DNA of 64,000 bases. It comes from Clostridiales bacterium. Lineage in GTDB: Bacteria > Bacillota > Clostridia > Lachnospirales > Anaerotignaceae. A model generated the notes under the pieces. The model was not told the origin of the DNA. It worked only from the letters and a program-made list of their open reading frames with translations, and did no database searches. Positions within the stretch are counted from its first letter, which is position 1. Every line of letters starts with the position of its first letter. The stretch covers positions 1,569 to 65,568 of the forward strand of contig JAHZAW010000040.1 in NCBI GenBank assembly GCA_019423725.1. Direction: 5' to 3'. Positions 61,932 through 64,000 of the stretch are shown here, piece after piece. Position numbers and translations under genes: made by a program.

Positions 61932-63206
61932 TTATCTGTATATGATCTCGCTTCTCTTAGGTCCGTTTGAAACTATTGTTATGGGGAAGCCTATTTCTTT
62001 TTCAATGAACTCCACATAGTTCCTTGCTTCCACAGGAAGTTCCTCATATTTTGTTATTCCCCTAAGGTCGCATTTCCATCCGGGAAGATACTCAAATACA
62101 GGTTTTGCCTTTTCCAGTTTAGGTGTCACAGGGAAAGTCTTTGTTACTTCTCCATCTATCTCATATCCAACGCATACGGGGATAGTATCCAGGTATCCAA
62201 GAACATCTATGGCTGTAAGGGCAACATCAGTAGCTCCCTGGAGCATACATCCATAACGTGTGGCAACACAGTCGAACCATCCCATCCTTCTGGGCCTTCC
62301 TGTTGTTGCGCCAAATTCTCCGGCATCTCCGCCCCTGAGTCTAAGCTCCTGAGCCTCGTCTCCAAATATCTCACTTACAAAAGCTCCAGCACCTACAGCA
62401 CTTGAATATGCCTTCGTAACAGTGATGACCTTCTCGATCTTATGGGGAGGAAGTCCTGCTCCAACTGCTCCAAATCCAGCAAGGGTAGAAGATGATGTTG
62501 TCATGGGATAAATACCATGGTCAGGGTCCTTAAGGGCTCCCAGCTGTCCTTCAAGAAGTATGTTCTTTCCTTCCTTTACGGCATTGAACAGGTATTCTTC
62601 CGTATTAGCGATGTAAGGCTCAACCGCGTCTCTATATGACATTACTTCATCATATATTTTCTGAGGGTCAAGCTTAGGCATATGATAAAGGTTCTCAAGA
62701 AGGATATTCTTTATCTCACAGGCTGCCTGTATCCTTTCCATAAGTATTTCAGGATAGAAGAGGTCGCATATCTGTATACCTGTTTTGGCATATTTATCAG
62801 AATAGAAAGGAGCGATTCCGCTCTTTGTTGAACCAAACTGCTTATTTGCCAGTCTGGCTTCTTCATATGTGTCAAAATCGACATGATAAGGCATAAGTAT
62901 CTGTACCCTGTCTGAGATCATTATTTTAGGATTCTCTATTCCGCTTTCCTTTATATAATTGAGCTCTTTAATGAAATAGGGAATATTAAAGGCTACACCA
63001 GTACCGATGATGTTCACTGTATTTTCATTGAATACTCCGGAAGGCATCTGGTGAAGTGCGAATTTTCCATAGTCATTGATTATTGTATGTCCTGCATTGC
63101 TTCCGCCCTGAAATCTTATTACAATGTCAGCATCAGCAGCAAGCATATCAGTTATTTTTCCTTTTCCTTCGTCGCCCCAGTTGGCACCTACTATTGCTTT
63201 GATCAT
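61932..63206 (-). CDS. purA: Adenylosuccinate synthetase
   Basis: GANWGDEGKGK, QGGSNAGHT, EFGATTGRPRR.GWFD. Confidence 0.97.
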   Translation of the reverse strand: MIKAIVGANWGDEGKGKITDMLAADADIVIRFQGGSNAGHTIINDYGKFALHQMPSGVFNENTVNIIGTGVAFNIPYFIKELNYIKESGIENPKIMISDRVQILMPYHVDFDTYEEARLANKQFGSTKSGIAPFYSDKYAKTGIQICDLFYPEILMERIQAACEIKNILLENLYHMPKLDPQKIYDEVMSYRDAVEPYIANTEEYLFNAVKEGKNILLEGQLGALKDPDHGIYPMTTSSSTLAGFGAVGAGLPPHKIEKVITVTKAYSSAVGAGAFVSEIFGDEAQELRLRGGDAGEFGATTGRPRRMGWFDCVATRYGCMLQGATDVALTAIDVLGYLDTIPVCVGYEIDGEVTKTFPVTPKLEKAKPVFEYLPGWKCDLRGITKYEELPVEARNYVEFIEKEIGFPITIVSNGPKRSEIIYR

Positions 63207-63254
63207 ATCGACCACTCCTGTTTGGTATATAATAATAAAATCAACTTACACCTT

Positions 63255-63283
63255 ATTATAAGCTATACTTATACCAAAGTAAA
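63255..63283 (-). promoter_or_regulatory. sigma-A promoter of purA
   Basis: TTTACT-N17-TATAAT. Confidence 0.55.
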
Positions 63284-63372
63284 ATAAGTTTTTTTTATAT
63301 TATCTATAAGCAAATTTATACTGGCATAAAAATACCCCGGGAATAAATCATCCCCAGGGCATATTAACGGTA

Positions 63373-63999
63373 TCAGACTCTTACAGCCTCTCCGTTTTTC
63401 TCTATTAAATCTTTATTTTCCTCAAGTACAGGGTTTACATAGCCATTGATGTACTCCTCTGTCTGTTCGGGAGCCCTTCCAACGAAGTTCTTAGGCTCCA
63501 TAATGGCATTGAGTTCCTCAATGGTAAGTCCAAACATGGGGTCAGAAGCTATCCTCTCAAGAAGGTCATTTTTCTTGCCTTCCATTTTAACTGTCTTTCC
63601 TGCTTCCATGGAGTGCTGGCGTATCCTTTCATGGAGTTCCTGTCTGTCTCCGCCCTTCTTTACGGCATCCATCATTATGTTTTCTGTTGCCATAAAGGGA
63701 AGCTCATTCATAAGGTGCTGTTCGATTACCTTAGGATATACCACAAGGCCGTCAACTACATTCCTATAGAGGATAAGAACAGCGTCAATACAGAGGAATG
63801 CCTCAGGTATGGATATCCTCTTATTGGCTGAATCATCCAAGGTCCTTTCAAACCACTGTGTTGAAGCTGTTACAGCGGGATTTATGGCGTCTGCAATAAC
63901 ATATCTGGAAAGTGAACCGATCCTTTCACTTCTCATGGGGTTACGCTTATATGCCATGGCTGATGAACCGATCTGGTTCTTCTCAAAGGGTTCTTCTAT
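63373..63999 (-). CDS. purB: Adenylosuccinate lyase, C-terminal part (start lies beyond window)
   Basis: QIGSSAMAYKRNPMRSER signature; ERTLDDSANKR. Confidence 0.95.
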   Translation of the reverse strand: MEEPFEKNQIGSSAMAYKRNPMRSERIGSLSRYVIADAINPAVTASTQWFERTLDDSANKRISIPEAFLCIDAVLILYRNVVDGLVVYPKVIEQHLMNELPFMATENIMMDAVKKGGDRQELHERIRQHSMEAGKTVKMEGKKNDLLERIASDPMFGLTIEELNAIMEPKNFVGRAPEQTEEYINGYVNPVLEENKDLIEKNGEAVRV

Positions 64000-64000
64000 T

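Overview
Core chromosome of a spore-forming, low-GC clostridial Firmicute (spoIVA, spoVT, yunB and SLH proteins; gene order like Lachnospirales), with most genes on the minus strand. From left to right: a MATE fragment; two fold-type II PLP enzymes; an SLH/Ig surface protein; a nitrogen block (dapL-dapF-pyrG divergent from glnA [GSIII]-amt/PII fusion-gltB-gltD); a small TetR module; folC-TPR-DUF402-radC-pspC; a radical SAM gene and a LarA-like gene; spoVT, rsmA, spoIVA, yunB, PBP1A and a DD-carboxypeptidase; miaB-ric-mutS-mutL-miaA; rimP-nusA-infB-rbfA-truB-ribF-rpsO-pnp; and purA/purB. I saw no rRNA, tRNA, transposase, integrase or CRISPR. The most unusual element is a ~620 bp non-coding array between pnp and miaB (50191-50805). 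It is built from two hairpin modules whose copies differ in sequence but keep their base pairing, with tandem G.A pairs that form only on the + strand. Also notable: an in-frame TGA at codon 12 of gltD, and leader terminators (one ANTAR-like) ahead of glnA and pyrG. All calls come from reading by eye; no searches or folding programs were run.
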